Notes: a model not told the origin generated them from the letters alone. A stretch of 64,000 bases of DNA from a virus (IMGVR_UViG_3300032274_000001:8939-72938), one strand, 5' to 3'. Shown: positions 34,416 through 44,258, counted from the stretch's first letter. Made by a program: numbers and translations.

Positions 34416-35953
34416 AGGATACGGTCAAGCGTCTGGCCGGCGGGGGCTACTACCGCCTGCCCATCGCCTTCGCGCGGGACATCCTGCACGCGAATCAGGT
34501 AGACGAGTTCCAGAGGGAGATTGCCTGCTCGCTCATGGCCCACAAGCGCGTGGCCGTCGCGGGCGCCAAGGGCATCGGCAAGGGCTACGTCGCCGCCCTG
34601 ATCATCTGGTGGTTCATGGTCACCAGGCCGTTTGCCAAGGTGGGTATCACGTCTGCCTCGGCGACCACCGTCCAGACGAATGTCTGGGGCGAGCTCGCAG
34701 CCTTCTACCGCAAGAGCGCTCTCCTGCGGGAGATGTTCGACATGGGCGACCGGATGATCCGTTCCCGCCGTCACCCGAAGGAGCACTTCGCCATCGCGAG
34801 GCAAGCGAGTGTGAAGTACACCCGCGGCGGTGGTGCTCGAGAGCGGCAGGCGGAGGGCCTCTCGGGGATGTACACCCGGCACGTCCTCTGGGTGCTCGAT
34901 GAGGCGACGGCCATCGATGACGCCATCTACGACACCATCGCGACGAGTGTGAACGAAGAGGGCCACCAGCTCCTGATCCTGTTCAACCCGATCCGGACGA
35001 GTGGGTTCGCCTGGGAGATCTTCAACATCAAGCGCAAGGGGGAGGGGTTCTGCCTGTTCAACGTCCCCTACCACCGCAGCCACATCGCGAACACGCCGGC
35101 CGGGGCAGCCCGCCGGGAGCAGTGGATCCGGCAGTGGGGCGAGAACAGCGCTCTGGTGGCCGCATTCGTCCATGGCAGGCACCCCACGGGAGACGCAGGG
35201 GATAGTGCCTATTCGCTACAGGCCCTGTACGACGCATTCTCGCGCGTCAGGGAGCCCGACATGGACGAGCCCCTAGACATCGGGATCGACCCGGCCCGGC
35301 ACGGATCGGACGAGTGCGCGTTCTTGGCCCAGCGGGATTATGTCGGCCACGAGATGCGGACGTTCGGAAAGATCGATCAGGACGACATTGTCGAGTACGC
35401 CGAGCGGTTAGCGGAAAAGTGGATCGGCGAGGAGCTAAAGGGCGAGCGGAAGGACGAGAGGACGGGCAAGGCAATACCGGCGCTGTCCGACGATCAGAAG
35501 AAGGACGTCAGGTTCCGGATCGATGTCGGTATGGGCGTCGGGCCCATCGACTTCCTGAAGCGTCGTGGGTACCCGGTGATCGGGGTGGACAACGGTAAGA
35601 AGCCCACCAGGCGGGGCCGCAAGGAGAACTACGCCAGCCTGGGTACGGAGCTCTGGATAGAGACGGCATCGGTGCTCAGGCAGGAGGAAAAGCCCCTAGC
35701 GTTGGGCAACATGATCGTGAACGAGCGGCCGGTGAGTCGCCAGGAGGGGGACGGGGCCATGATCCAGCAGCTCTGTCAGCGGCCCATCGTATTCCCCACC
35801 AACGACAACGGCCGGCGTCGGGTCATGCCGAAGGAAGCGATGCGTCAGAACATGTCGGGCAGCCCCGACCGAGGCGATGTCTTCGTGCTTGCCTTCGGTG
35901 ATATAACCCGCATGGGGCGACCGACGGGGAAGCCGGTCAGCACGATCGCCTAG
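34400..35953 (+). CDS. terL: Terminase large subunit
   Basis: Walker A GAKGIGK, Walker B VLDEA, coupling FNP, nuclease GIDPA...SPDRGD. Confidence 0.93.
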   Translation: MREELEDTVKRLAGGGYYRLPIAFARDILHANQVDEFQREIACSLMAHKRVAVAGAKGIGKGYVAALIIWWFMVTRPFAKVGITSASATTVQTNVWGELAAFYRKSALLREMFDMGDRMIRSRRHPKEHFAIARQASVKYTRGGGARERQAEGLSGMYTRHVLWVLDEATAIDDAIYDTIATSVNEEGHQLLILFNPIRTSGFAWEIFNIKRKGEGFCLFNVPYHRSHIANTPAGAARREQWIRQWGENSALVAAFVHGRHPTGDAGDSAYSLQALYDAFSRVREPDMDEPLDIGIDPARHGSDECAFLAQRDYVGHEMRTFGKIDQDDIVEYAERLAEKWIGEELKGERKDERTGKAIPALSDDQKKDVRFRIDVGMGVGPIDFLKRRGYPVIGVDNGKKPTRRGRKENYASLGTELWIETASVLRQEEKPLALGNMIVNERPVSRQEGDGAMIQQLCQRPIVFPTNDNGRRRVMPKEAMRQNMSGSPDRGDVFVLAFGDITRMGRPTGKPVSTIA

Positions 35954-35968
35954 AGAGGATGGGGACGG

Positions 35969-36166
35969 ATGAGGAAGCGAGTCAGGAAGAAGCGAGGCCG
36001 ACCCTCGGCGGTGCTTCTGCGACGCCTACAGCGGAAGGTCATGCCCCCACGGCGGGCTAGACGTAGGGTGCCCTTTGTCTTCGGAGGCAAGATGGAGTTC
36101 GTTCCGGGTGCGTGGGAGATCAAGCGGCTGCCGTCTGGTTCCCTGCTGAAGTACGTGGGGCGGTAA
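35969..36166 (+). CDS. Small basic protein
   Basis: RBS and Arg-rich N-terminus. Confidence 0.4.
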   Translation: MRKRVRKKRGRPSAVLLRRLQRKVMPPRRARRRVPFVFGGKMEFVPGAWEIKRLPSGSLLKYVGR

Positions 36167-36167
36167 G

Positions 36168-36458
36168 ATGGGGTTCAGAGTCGGCCCAGTGCCACTACCG
36201 AGGCAGTGCTCTACGTGCATCTGGTACGGCGAAGAGAACCGCTGGAAATACCCTGGGGGAGTCCCGGTGGGGCAATCGGATTGCGGGACTTCCGAGTGCT
36301 ACGCGGTCCCTCCGACGCCAGTGAGTCAAAGTCGGGGTTCCTCAGGGGGATACAGCTCTGAGGACAGAATCCGTGCCGTTCGGCCGGAAGTACACGGCAC
36401 GGACATCTGCCGATACTACGAACCCCGGCGTCAAGAAGTGAGCGACGGAGATGAGTGA
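36168..36458 (+). CDS. Small Cys protein
   Basis: CSTCIW...C...P...C pattern. Confidence 0.5.
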   Translation: MGFRVGPVPLPRQCSTCIWYGEENRWKYPGGVPVGQSDCGTSECYAVPPTPVSQSRGSSGGYSSEDRIRAVRPEVHGTDICRYYEPRRQEVSDGDE

Positions 36459-36787
36459 AGACAGAACGACGCTATTCCCGGTCACGATTCAAGGCAAGGA
36501 TGGGGGTGTTGTAATGCCCCCCGGGACTCCCGAGAGGTTGATCGAGGCTTTGCGGGAGTTGCTTGCAGTTGAGACATCCCGTCGGAGGAGGGCTGCGGGG
36601 GTCGTCGGGGATGGACGAAGCCCCTCGCCCCGCAGCCCCTGTTACGTAGGGCGACTCTCCCTGAGTCGAAAGGGACCCCCAGGGATGGTTCCGAGGAGAA
36701 CCACGGTCTCAGTATCACAGAGCCGTTTGCCCTGGCTAGCTTGATTCAGGTACACAGGCGTCAGGACTTTGGACGCGCGAGGCATGC

Positions 36788-39559
36788 GTGGCCCGGCGTG
36801 AGGTGACGGCTAGTCGCGGCAAGCAGCCGTCGCGCGCACGGAACAAGTCCGCCCGGGGTAAGACCTCCACCCAAAAGGCAGGCCCCCAGACCGAGCAGCG
36901 CGCCGGAGACGTCCAGGGCTTGTCGGCCTTCGACAAGTTCAACCGGGCTCTAGACCTGCTCGGCCAGGGGCGGATGTCTGACCTTCAGGATCCGTACCTG
37001 CAGCTCAGCTCCTGGTACTCAGGAGTCCAGGTCATCAGCATGAGCATGCAGCGGGCACCGTTCGTGCCTTGGATGACGGGTGAGCGCTCTGGGGAGATCA
37101 CGTCGGGGCCCCTGTACGACCTGACTAAGCAGCCGAACACGGCGCAAACGTGGGATCAATTCCTCGGCCAGGCGATCGTGCACATGCACGGGCCCAAGGG
37201 CGCGGCCTACATGCACAAGAAGGGCAAGCGGAGCATTGGCTTGCCCGAGGAGATCCGGCTCATCGACCCGCAGAGGGTCCATGCTGCAGTGTCCAGCGAG
37301 GACACGATGGAGCTCCGCGGTTGGAACATCGACCGGGGCCCCAACGGGGAGCCGCCACAGGAGATCCGTGGCGACGACAAAGACGACATCATCCCGATCT
37401 ACCTAGCCGCACACCCTACGGACCCGTACCAGTCGGTAAGCCCGCAGATTCCCGGCCAGCTAGACCTAGACACCGAGCGCATGGCGGCCCTGTACACGGC
37501 GTCTACGCTGGCCTCTGGGGGTAGTCCGGGGTTGCTGTTCTCGTTCCTGGGGGACTCGGATTGGGACGAGGAGCAGGGCCGGGCCGTCGAAGAGAAGCTG
37601 AAACAGAAGTACGGCACCCACGACGGCTACCGGATGGCTGCTGTGTCGGGGGATTGGAAGGTCCAGAACCTGGGCATGCGGCCCCGGGACATGGAGTTCA
37701 CGCAGTGGCGGAGTGCGATCATCAACATCATTGCTCGCCTTCTCGGCATCACGCCGTTGCTGCTGGCCCACTACGAGGGCGCCACGGGCCTCAGTGATGC
37801 CGGTTTGCAGGTCCAGGAGCGAGTCAACTACCGGCAGAAGTTCATTCCACTCGGCTCCAAGATTGCGAACGCTTGGCAGAAGGGCATCGTCAATCCGTAC
37901 AACCCAGCCATCGAGGTCTTGTTCGACTTCTCCCAGATCGAAGCCTTGCAGGAGGATTTCGCGGCGAAGCTGGTAGCCGCGCAGGCGTTGGCTCAGCTTC
38001 TGATCCCGCTGGAGCAGATCGACTCGCTACTGGACCTCGGGCTGGACTTGTCGAAGATCCCTTGGGCGAGTGATGTCCTGGTGCCCTTCGGCCAGGTGCC
38101 GGCGAGTCAGATGGGCGTTTCAACGGAGGACGCGGCAGAAGGGGACGCGCTGCCCACCGAGCCGCTTGCCGAGACCAGCGACAGCGGAGCGGGTGCCCTC
38201 AATGGTGCCCAGGCCAAGGAAGCGTTGAACATCATCTCCCAGGTCAGGCTGGGCAGTATCCCGAAGACGACAGCCGTGGCCCTCCTGGTGGCCATGAATG
38301 TTCCCCCGCAATTGGCGAGTCAGATGCTTGCCGATGTAAAGCTCGCGCCACCGGAGCAGATCGCCGACGAGGCTGCAGCGGCTAAGGGCGAGCGGGCCGT
38401 TGAGGGCGACCCGGACGAAGAAGTAGACCCGGCCTCGGTGGTGGAAACGCACTCCGAGGACGACGAGAACGCCCCGGACGTGGTGATTGAGGGACGTACC
38501 CTCAAGCTCTCCATCAAGCGCCGCAGGAAGGCCGCGAAGGACTACCAGAAGGCCCGAGAGAAGGCGGTCACGCGGGTCAAGGGCAAGGTCAAGCGCGCCA
38601 TGATGACGCATCGCTCAGCGGTGCTCCGGGCGTTCAATGAACAGGCAGGCACCAGCCTCCGAGCCATCATGCGGGCCCAGAATCCCGACATGACGGAGCT
38701 GCAGCTACATGAGCTGACCCCGGAAGAGGTGGTGGCGCGTGCACCGACCGAGCTCGAAGAGGCAGAGATCCAGGCCATTCTGGATGCCGTCGACCGGGGA
38801 TTGATCGCGGCGACGATCTCACCAGCGGTCGAGCAGGCCATGCGGCAAGCGGTTGCCGCCGGGGAGCCTACGCTCGAAGCCCTCGGCGTGGCCAAGGCGG
38901 ACCTCACCGAGTACCGCAAGCGGCTCCCTGCGCTGACGAAGAAGTACGCGGCGCAGACCCTGCAGAAGGGCCCCGCCACGGCAGCCGAGGAGATGGTCAA
39001 GCGGGCCGTCCGCAAGACGATCGTTGACGCCATCGACGAGGGCAAGACGGTAGCCCAGACGGCCAAGTCGTTGCGGGCGATGTTCAACGAGACGATGAGC
39101 GACGGCCGAGCCCGGGTGATTGCCCAGACCGAGACGGGCATCGCTATGAACACGGCCCAGTTCGAGCACTACAGCGCCAACGGGGTCGAGGAGATCGAGT
39201 GGCGGGCCCGTATGATTCGCACCCGCGAGTCCCACGAGGCCATGCACGGGACGCGGGCCAAGATCGGCGAGGAGTTCGGCAACGGCCTCAAGTACCCGCA
39301 GGAGCCGGGGGCACCGGCCGCCGAGGTGGTGGAGTGTCACTGCGGAGTGGTCCCGGTGGCGCGGTCGCGGTCGGAGGTGCAGGTCGAGGCGGCAGCGCTC
39401 GAGGAGATAGAAGGCCGCGGGGTTCAGGAGCGGGACGGGTCGTTTTACGTCATGACCGACGACGGTGTGGCGTTGAGTCGAGCCTTCGAGACTAGAGAGC
39501 AGGCACAGCAGCGCTTTGCAGCCATGGAGAGCTTCAGGCGCGAGGGGGTAGGGGCATGA
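36788..39559 (+). CDS. Portal protein fused to MuF (gpF-like) minor head domain
   Basis: HK97-like portal core (DMEFTQWR...ARLLGI, FDFSQIEALQED) and C-terminal RARVIAQTET...RTRESH...CHC. Confidence 0.9.
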   Translation: MARREVTASRGKQPSRARNKSARGKTSTQKAGPQTEQRAGDVQGLSAFDKFNRALDLLGQGRMSDLQDPYLQLSSWYSGVQVISMSMQRAPFVPWMTGERSGEITSGPLYDLTKQPNTAQTWDQFLGQAIVHMHGPKGAAYMHKKGKRSIGLPEEIRLIDPQRVHAAVSSEDTMELRGWNIDRGPNGEPPQEIRGDDKDDIIPIYLAAHPTDPYQSVSPQIPGQLDLDTERMAALYTASTLASGGSPGLLFSFLGDSDWDEEQGRAVEEKLKQKYGTHDGYRMAAVSGDWKVQNLGMRPRDMEFTQWRSAIINIIARLLGITPLLLAHYEGATGLSDAGLQVQERVNYRQKFIPLGSKIANAWQKGIVNPYNPAIEVLFDFSQIEALQEDFAAKLVAAQALAQLLIPLEQIDSLLDLGLDLSKIPWASDVLVPFGQVPASQMGVSTEDAAEGDALPTEPLAETSDSGAGALNGAQAKEALNIISQVRLGSIPKTTAVALLVAMNVPPQLASQMLADVKLAPPEQIADEAAAAKGERAVEGDPDEEVDPASVVETHSEDDENAPDVVIEGRTLKLSIKRRRKAAKDYQKAREKAVTRVKGKVKRAMMTHRSAVLRAFNEQAGTSLRAIMRAQNPDMTELQLHELTPEEVVARAPTELEEAEIQAILDAVDRGLIAATISPAVEQAMRQAVAAGEPTLEALGVAKADLTEYRKRLPALTKKYAAQTLQKGPATAAEEMVKRAVRKTIVDAIDEGKTVAQTAKSLRAMFNETMSDGRARVIAQTETGIAMNTAQFEHYSANGVEEIEWRARMIRTRESHEAMHGTRAKIGEEFGNGLKYPQEPGAPAAEVVECHCGVVPVARSRSEVQVEAAALEEIEGRGVQERDGSFYVMTDDGVALSRAFETREQAQQRFAAMESFRREGVGA

Positions 39560-41619
39560 CCATGAGAACGCTACGAAGCGTTGACGACTGGTACGGCGGA
39601 CAGAACCCGCTCGACGCATTGGAGTTCCAGCGGGCAACCAAAAAGGGCCGCGTCGGTACCAACAACGAGATTCTGAAGCGAGGGTCGGCGATCGAGGCAG
39701 AGGCCGGCCGGTTCCAGATGAACGAGCGTGTGCTGGTTCGCTCTGGGCTCAACGTCGTCCAGGCGCGCCAGGCGCCCCAGGACCTATACGGCTCCGACGC
39801 CAACGTGGTGCGGTTCTGCGTCGTGTCGGGCGAGGATGCCCGAGACAACAAGGGGCTGGACGTCCAGGGCGGCAACACGCAGGCGTTCCGGGCGAACCCG
39901 GTGGTGCCCTGGTGCCACATCTACAACGAGCCGCCCGTGGGCCGGGGCCGGTACATCGCGACCATGAAGCGTGCCGGCGGGCCGTACGAGCTGTGGTCGG
40001 ACGTCGAATTCATCCCCGAGGACATCTACCCGTTCGGGGCAGTCATCGGCCGCATGTACAAGGGCGGTTGGCTGAGGGGCATCTCGCTGGGCTGGATCCC
40101 GACCAAGGTCAGGGAGGTTCGGAGCCGAGGCGGGAAGCTTCAGAAGGTCGTGTCCGAGCAGTGGGAGATGGTCGAGGAGTCGGCCTGCGCGATCCCGATT
40201 GATCGGTGGGGGCTGGCCGAGATGGCCTCGGCGGGCATCTTCGGCGAGGGGACAAAGCGGTCCCACTTGGCTGACAACTTCGTCGAGACCTACCGGCGCA
40301 CCGTTGGCGACAACGGCGACTGGACGGGTTGGAGCGAGGGCGTGGCCTACGAGATCTCGGGCAAGGATGTCCGTATGGTTCCCGACTGCAGCGAGGGAGC
40401 TGCCACCGAGGATGGCCTGAGCGACGAGGCAAGGGCCGTCCTGACCGAGGCCCGCGAGAGCATTACCCGGGCCTACGAGCCCGAGGCCCAGCGCGAGCTC
40501 GTGGAGGAGCACCACATCGACCCCGAGAGCAACCTCGGCGACCTGAAGGCCCTGTCCGTCGAGGCGGCTGCGGTCCGGAGTCTAGGTGCGGGAGAGGATG
40601 ACCCCGTAGAAGAGCCCGAGGCTCGCTCTGAGCCGACCGGGGAGGATCCCGAGGGGGAAGCCCTGGAGGTGGAGCAGGCGAGCGGAGAGCGGCTCCCAGG
40701 GGAGTTGCTACGCGGCGAGGTCTCGGACGAGTTGGACCTGGTCTATGACCGGCTGCGGGGTGCGGTGGTGGCAGCCATGGACGCCACGGAGCGTCTGTAC
40801 TGGCTGGGCAACTCGGCGTACTGGCAGGGCAGGAGCCTGGCCGAGACGCTGGGGTTCCCTCCGGAGCAGCGGGAGCGGGTATTGGCCGAGACCCGGCAGC
40901 TGGGCGCCGATGACCCGGAGAGCCCCGACGCATTGCACAACCTGATCGCTCGGCAGACGAAGCGACTGCGGAGCTCGGCGAATCTGATCCTGGAGGCCAC
41001 GGTAGCGGCCGAGGATGCCATGGACGTTGGCGATTCGGTGGGCGAGACGGCGTCGGCCGAGGTTGGCGCCTCGGTGGTCGAAGAGGCGGGCCTTACCGAG
41101 GCGTTGTCGATCATGGTCCATCGGATGGCCGATGAGGGTGTCGAGATCCGGGCAGGCAAGAAGATCTCCAAGAGTCGGCGGGAGAAGATCGGCGGCCTGC
41201 TCAAGCAGCTTCAGAGCGTCACCAAGGGCCTGAAGCAGGTACTCGGGGAGGGCGAGAGGGAGGCGAAGGTTGAGGACGAGCCGAAGGCTGAGACGGCGTC
41301 GCTGGGGCCGAAGCTTGCCGAGCTCCGTAGCCTGGCCGGCCTGGGAGACCGGGAAGGTGTCGTCGCTGCGGATCCGGTCGAGGCGCCAGCTACCCGGTCG
41401 CGCGTGCTCGAGATCCTGGACAAGGCCAAGGCCAAGGCCAAGCCCCTCGACGGCACGGACCCGAAGCCGGAGAGCCGAACCAATGGCGAACTCCCGGGGG
41501 TGAGGGTGCCGAAGACAGAGGGCAAGAAGGTCACGGCTGAATTCGCCCGAGACCTGGCTGCGGGGATCGACAAGCTCCGCGCCAAGGCGGGCCTTGACCA
41601 GGGCGCGGGAGCCGAGTAG
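39556..41619 (+). CDS. Prohead protease with long acidic scaffold-like extension
   Basis: FRANPVVPWCH...PPVG, GISLGW, EESAC.IP motifs. Confidence 0.82.
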   Translation: MTMRTLRSVDDWYGGQNPLDALEFQRATKKGRVGTNNEILKRGSAIEAEAGRFQMNERVLVRSGLNVVQARQAPQDLYGSDANVVRFCVVSGEDARDNKGLDVQGGNTQAFRANPVVPWCHIYNEPPVGRGRYIATMKRAGGPYELWSDVEFIPEDIYPFGAVIGRMYKGGWLRGISLGWIPTKVREVRSRGGKLQKVVSEQWEMVEESACAIPIDRWGLAEMASAGIFGEGTKRSHLADNFVETYRRTVGDNGDWTGWSEGVAYEISGKDVRMVPDCSEGAATEDGLSDEARAVLTEARESITRAYEPEAQRELVEEHHIDPESNLGDLKALSVEAAAVRSLGAGEDDPVEEPEARSEPTGEDPEGEALEVEQASGERLPGELLRGEVSDELDLVYDRLRGAVVAAMDATERLYWLGNSAYWQGRSLAETLGFPPEQRERVLAETRQLGADDPESPDALHNLIARQTKRLRSSANLILEATVAAEDAMDVGDSVGETASAEVGASVVEEAGLTEALSIMVHRMADEGVEIRAGKKISKSRREKIGGLLKQLQSVTKGLKQVLGEGEREAKVEDEPKAETASLGPKLAELRSLAGLGDREGVVAADPVEAPATRSRVLEILDKAKAKAKPLDGTDPKPESRTNGELPGVRVPKTEGKKVTAEFARDLAAGIDKLRAKAGLDQGAGAE

Positions 41620-41651
41620 GTCCGGATGCACACTCACACGTAATCGAGGGT

Positions 41652-41757
41652 GGGTTGTAAGACCCCAACTGCGGGGAGAGGGCCAGTCCATAGGGGGCTG
41701 GCCTTTTCCTTTGGTGGTTGACCGCTCGCGAGGGGGCGAGTAGTCTTCTCCGCAGTT
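41652..41757 (+). ncRNA. Candidate structured RNA in the capsid leader
   Basis: GNRA hairpin 41652-41665; 12-bp stem 41667-41678/41746-41757 enclosing two hairpins. Confidence 0.45.
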
Positions 41758-41956
41758 CGTACCAGTACCGAACGCTCGGCACTGCCGGCGTGGCCTCTCA
41801 TGGGTAGGCGCACGCAAACGGCCAGCGCACACGGGTGAATCGGCTGAGGCGACGTCCTGGTTGGTCCTTCTTTTGGACTGCCATCGTTGACGGCCCGGCT
41901 TAACCCGTAACGCGCACTCAGGGGGATTCCCCTTGGGGCGAGAAAGCACACCACCC

Positions 41957-43333
41957 ATGGCGAACGAAGCCCACATTCGTGAAGTCTCCGAGAAGGAGCT
42001 CCACTCGCTGATCGAGGTTGCTGAGCACTCCCTCGACGAGAACAAGAACAGCATCGAGAAGCTGCAGCGCGCCCTCGATGGGGACCCCGACAAGAAGGAC
42101 GACGCCGGCAATCCGCTCGAGCCAGGCATGCGTGCCGAGCTTACGGCGATGGCCGAGGAGCTGGCGGACACGCGCCAGTGCATGACCGACGTCCTCGAGG
42201 AGTTCAAAAAGGTAGACGAGCGCACCGACCGGTCCGACAAGGTCTGGCGTGCCTACGAGGATGCGGACCCGCGGGGCTTCCACACCAAGACGTACCGGGC
42301 CCTTGCCGACGTCTACAACGCCTCCTACGACTCGTGGAAGAAGGACAACTACGCGAGCTCGCCTGAGGGGCACACCCGTGCGGCGGACCAGTCGTCCACC
42401 ACGGACACCCAGGGCGGTATCCTGGTCCCGACAGCGACGTGGGAAAACGTCGCGTACATCATCGGCCAGAAGTCGTTTCTGCGCGCGTACGGCACGCAGG
42501 TGCCACTGCCGACCGACGACCTGAAGGTCCCGTACCTGCCCGAGATCCCGACCATGTACGTGCAGGGCACCCAGGGGGTCGAGCCCACGCACGGGTCGCT
42601 GATCTTCGACGACACCCAGATGCTCTCCGCGAAGACCTACCTGGGCATCAACGTCATCCCGAACCAGCTCGTCCAGGATGCCGTCCGGATCTGGGCGACG
42701 TTCTGGGCGCGTGTCTTCACCGACGCCATGGCGCTCAAGGAGAACAAGGGCATGTTCTCCGAGAAGCCCACCGACGCCAACGGCGCATTCTCTGGCGTCA
42801 TCCAGGAGGTCGAGGGCGCGACCACGAACAAGCATGAGTACTACCTCGGCGGGTCCAGCACGTCTGGGAGCACCCACTTCTCGACGCTCAGCTACGACGA
42901 TCTGGTCGAGATCCAGAGCCTTCCCAACGAGAACAGCGCGGACGGCAACCGGTGGTTCATGCACCGCAACGTCGGCAAGTACATCCGGAAGCTGAAGACC
43001 ACCGACGGCTTCCCGCTGATCGGCCCGATGACGCAGGGCATGGCGTCGATGAATCCGAAGCCGGACACGCAGGGCCCGCGCTCGACTCCGCTGCTGAGCG
43101 ACCCGATGCACGAGACGTCGGCGATGCCTGGCACGAATGCGGTGTCGAAGTCGGTGATCGTGTACGGGAATCCCGCCTACACCTTCTGGGGCGAGCGGGC
43201 TCCGATGTCGATCGAGTTCTCGAAGGAGAGCCAGTTCAAGGACTACGCGACCGTCATGCGCGTGGCGGAGCGGATCGCGCAGAAGACCATTGCGGTCGAT
43301 GCGTATTCGATCGGGAGGGTCGCGGCGAGCTAA
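41957..43333 (+). CDS. Major capsid protein (HK97 fold)
   Basis: Coiled-coil delta domain, QGGILVPT, spine helix, GN...GER..MSI. Confidence 0.93.
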   Translation: MANEAHIREVSEKELHSLIEVAEHSLDENKNSIEKLQRALDGDPDKKDDAGNPLEPGMRAELTAMAEELADTRQCMTDVLEEFKKVDERTDRSDKVWRAYEDADPRGFHTKTYRALADVYNASYDSWKKDNYASSPEGHTRAADQSSTTDTQGGILVPTATWENVAYIIGQKSFLRAYGTQVPLPTDDLKVPYLPEIPTMYVQGTQGVEPTHGSLIFDDTQMLSAKTYLGINVIPNQLVQDAVRIWATFWARVFTDAMALKENKGMFSEKPTDANGAFSGVIQEVEGATTNKHEYYLGGSSTSGSTHFSTLSYDDLVEIQSLPNENSADGNRWFMHRNVGKYIRKLKTTDGFPLIGPMTQGMASMNPKPDTQGPRSTPLLSDPMHETSAMPGTNAVSKSVIVYGNPAYTFWGERAPMSIEFSKESQFKDYATVMRVAERIAQKTIAVDAYSIGRVAAS

Positions 43334-43408
43334 CCGAATCCCGCATGAGGAGCGACGATCCGACCACCGAAGTCAGCCGGCGGGGTTGGGGAGCTGGGAT
43401 GGGCTGAC

Positions 43409-43442
43409 CAGCGGGGGTCTTGCTACGGCGGGGCCCCCGTTG
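43409..43442 (+). terminator. 15-bp hairpin with cUACGg loop after the capsid gene
   Basis: CAGCGGGGGTCTTGC-TACG-GCGGGGCCCCCGTTG. Confidence 0.55.
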
Positions 43443-43508
43443 CTATTTGGGACGTGGCCGTGCGGGGGCTGTGCAGCGGCCCGACATGGGCAGCAGCGAC
43501 GTCGGACT

Positions 43509-43545
43509 CGGGGGAGTCTCCTTTACTTGGGGGCTCCCCCGTTTT
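43509..43545 (+). terminator. Intrinsic terminator candidate
   Basis: 13-bp stem 43509-43521/43529-43541 followed by TTTT. Confidence 0.65.
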
Positions 43546-43563
43546 CGTGGTAGAGGGCCGGGT

Positions 43564-43851
43564 ATGAAGCGGAGAGGGTTTCTGGGGGCGCTGGCTGGGT
43601 TGTTCGCCGCGCCTTTGGTGAAGGTGGCCCATGCGCCGATCGCGACGGCGTCGCCCGTGGTGCTGGCTGCTGAGCCAATCGCGAAGGAATTGTCCGCCGA
43701 CGCGGTTCAGTCCCTTGAGGGACTGTTTGCCCAGGTGTTTACGGACGCCATGGAGCTTGCAGAGAACAGGATGATCTTTGGTCATCACGCAGAGGTCCGG
43801 CCGGTTGCGGTCTATGAGCCACCTCCGGGCTACGAGCATCGGTTCGGATAG
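43564..43851 (+). CDS. Tat-signal mini-protein containing a capsid spine-helix copy
   Basis: MKRRGFLGALAG; DAV...AQVFTDAMELAEN matches MCP DAV...ARVFTDAMALKEN. Confidence 0.7.
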   Translation: MKRRGFLGALAGLFAAPLVKVAHAPIATASPVVLAAEPIAKELSADAVQSLEGLFAQVFTDAMELAENRMIFGHHAEVRPVAVYEPPPGYEHRFG

Positions 43852-43862
43852 GAGACAGATCG

Positions 43863-44258
43863 ATGGCAACGACAACGGTTGAGTATCTGAGGGACTACGA
43901 GGGCCATGCCGTAGGGGACCGGGAGGGCTTGGACGTCCACGACGCCGCCGGGCTGGTCATGGCTGGGGTGGTCCGAGATGTGAACGGGAAGTGCGCGAAG
44001 CGGGGTCTGGTGCCGGCGACGCTGACGGTGGTGGACGAAGCGTCCCCGGTCGATGACAGGGTGTTCGACACCCTGGAGCAACGCCCCTTGCCGAGCACGT
44101 CGGACATCGAGCGCGACGCCGATGGCTTCCCCATCGGGCGGAGGTTCAAGCCCAAGGATCCGGACTCGGAGGTGGTCGCCGGGGCGTTCGCTGCCACCGA
44201 TGCGGGGCTGAAGCCCTTGGCCGAGGTTCCGAAGATCGGAGATGACGGCGATGAGTGA
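43863..44258 (+). CDS. Small head-associated protein candidate
   Basis: V.YLRDYEGHAVGD...AAGLVMAG; position after the MCP. Confidence 0.55.
   Translation: MATTTVEYLRDYEGHAVGDREGLDVHDAAGLVMAGVVRDVNGKCAKRGLVPATLTVVDEASPVDDRVFDTLEQRPLPSTSDIERDADGFPIGRRFKPKDPDSEVVAGAFAATDAGLKPLAEVPKIGDDGDE

Noticed and set aside
36788-39559. MuF-linked polymorphic toxin
   Set aside because: The extension after MuF is only about 60 aa with no toxin motif, and no immunity gene follows.
40708-43111. 510-aa and 397-aa minus-strand ORFs
   Set aside because: Antisense to the protease and capsid genes. The first does span the capsid leader, so it slightly weakens, but does not explain, the RNA-structure call.
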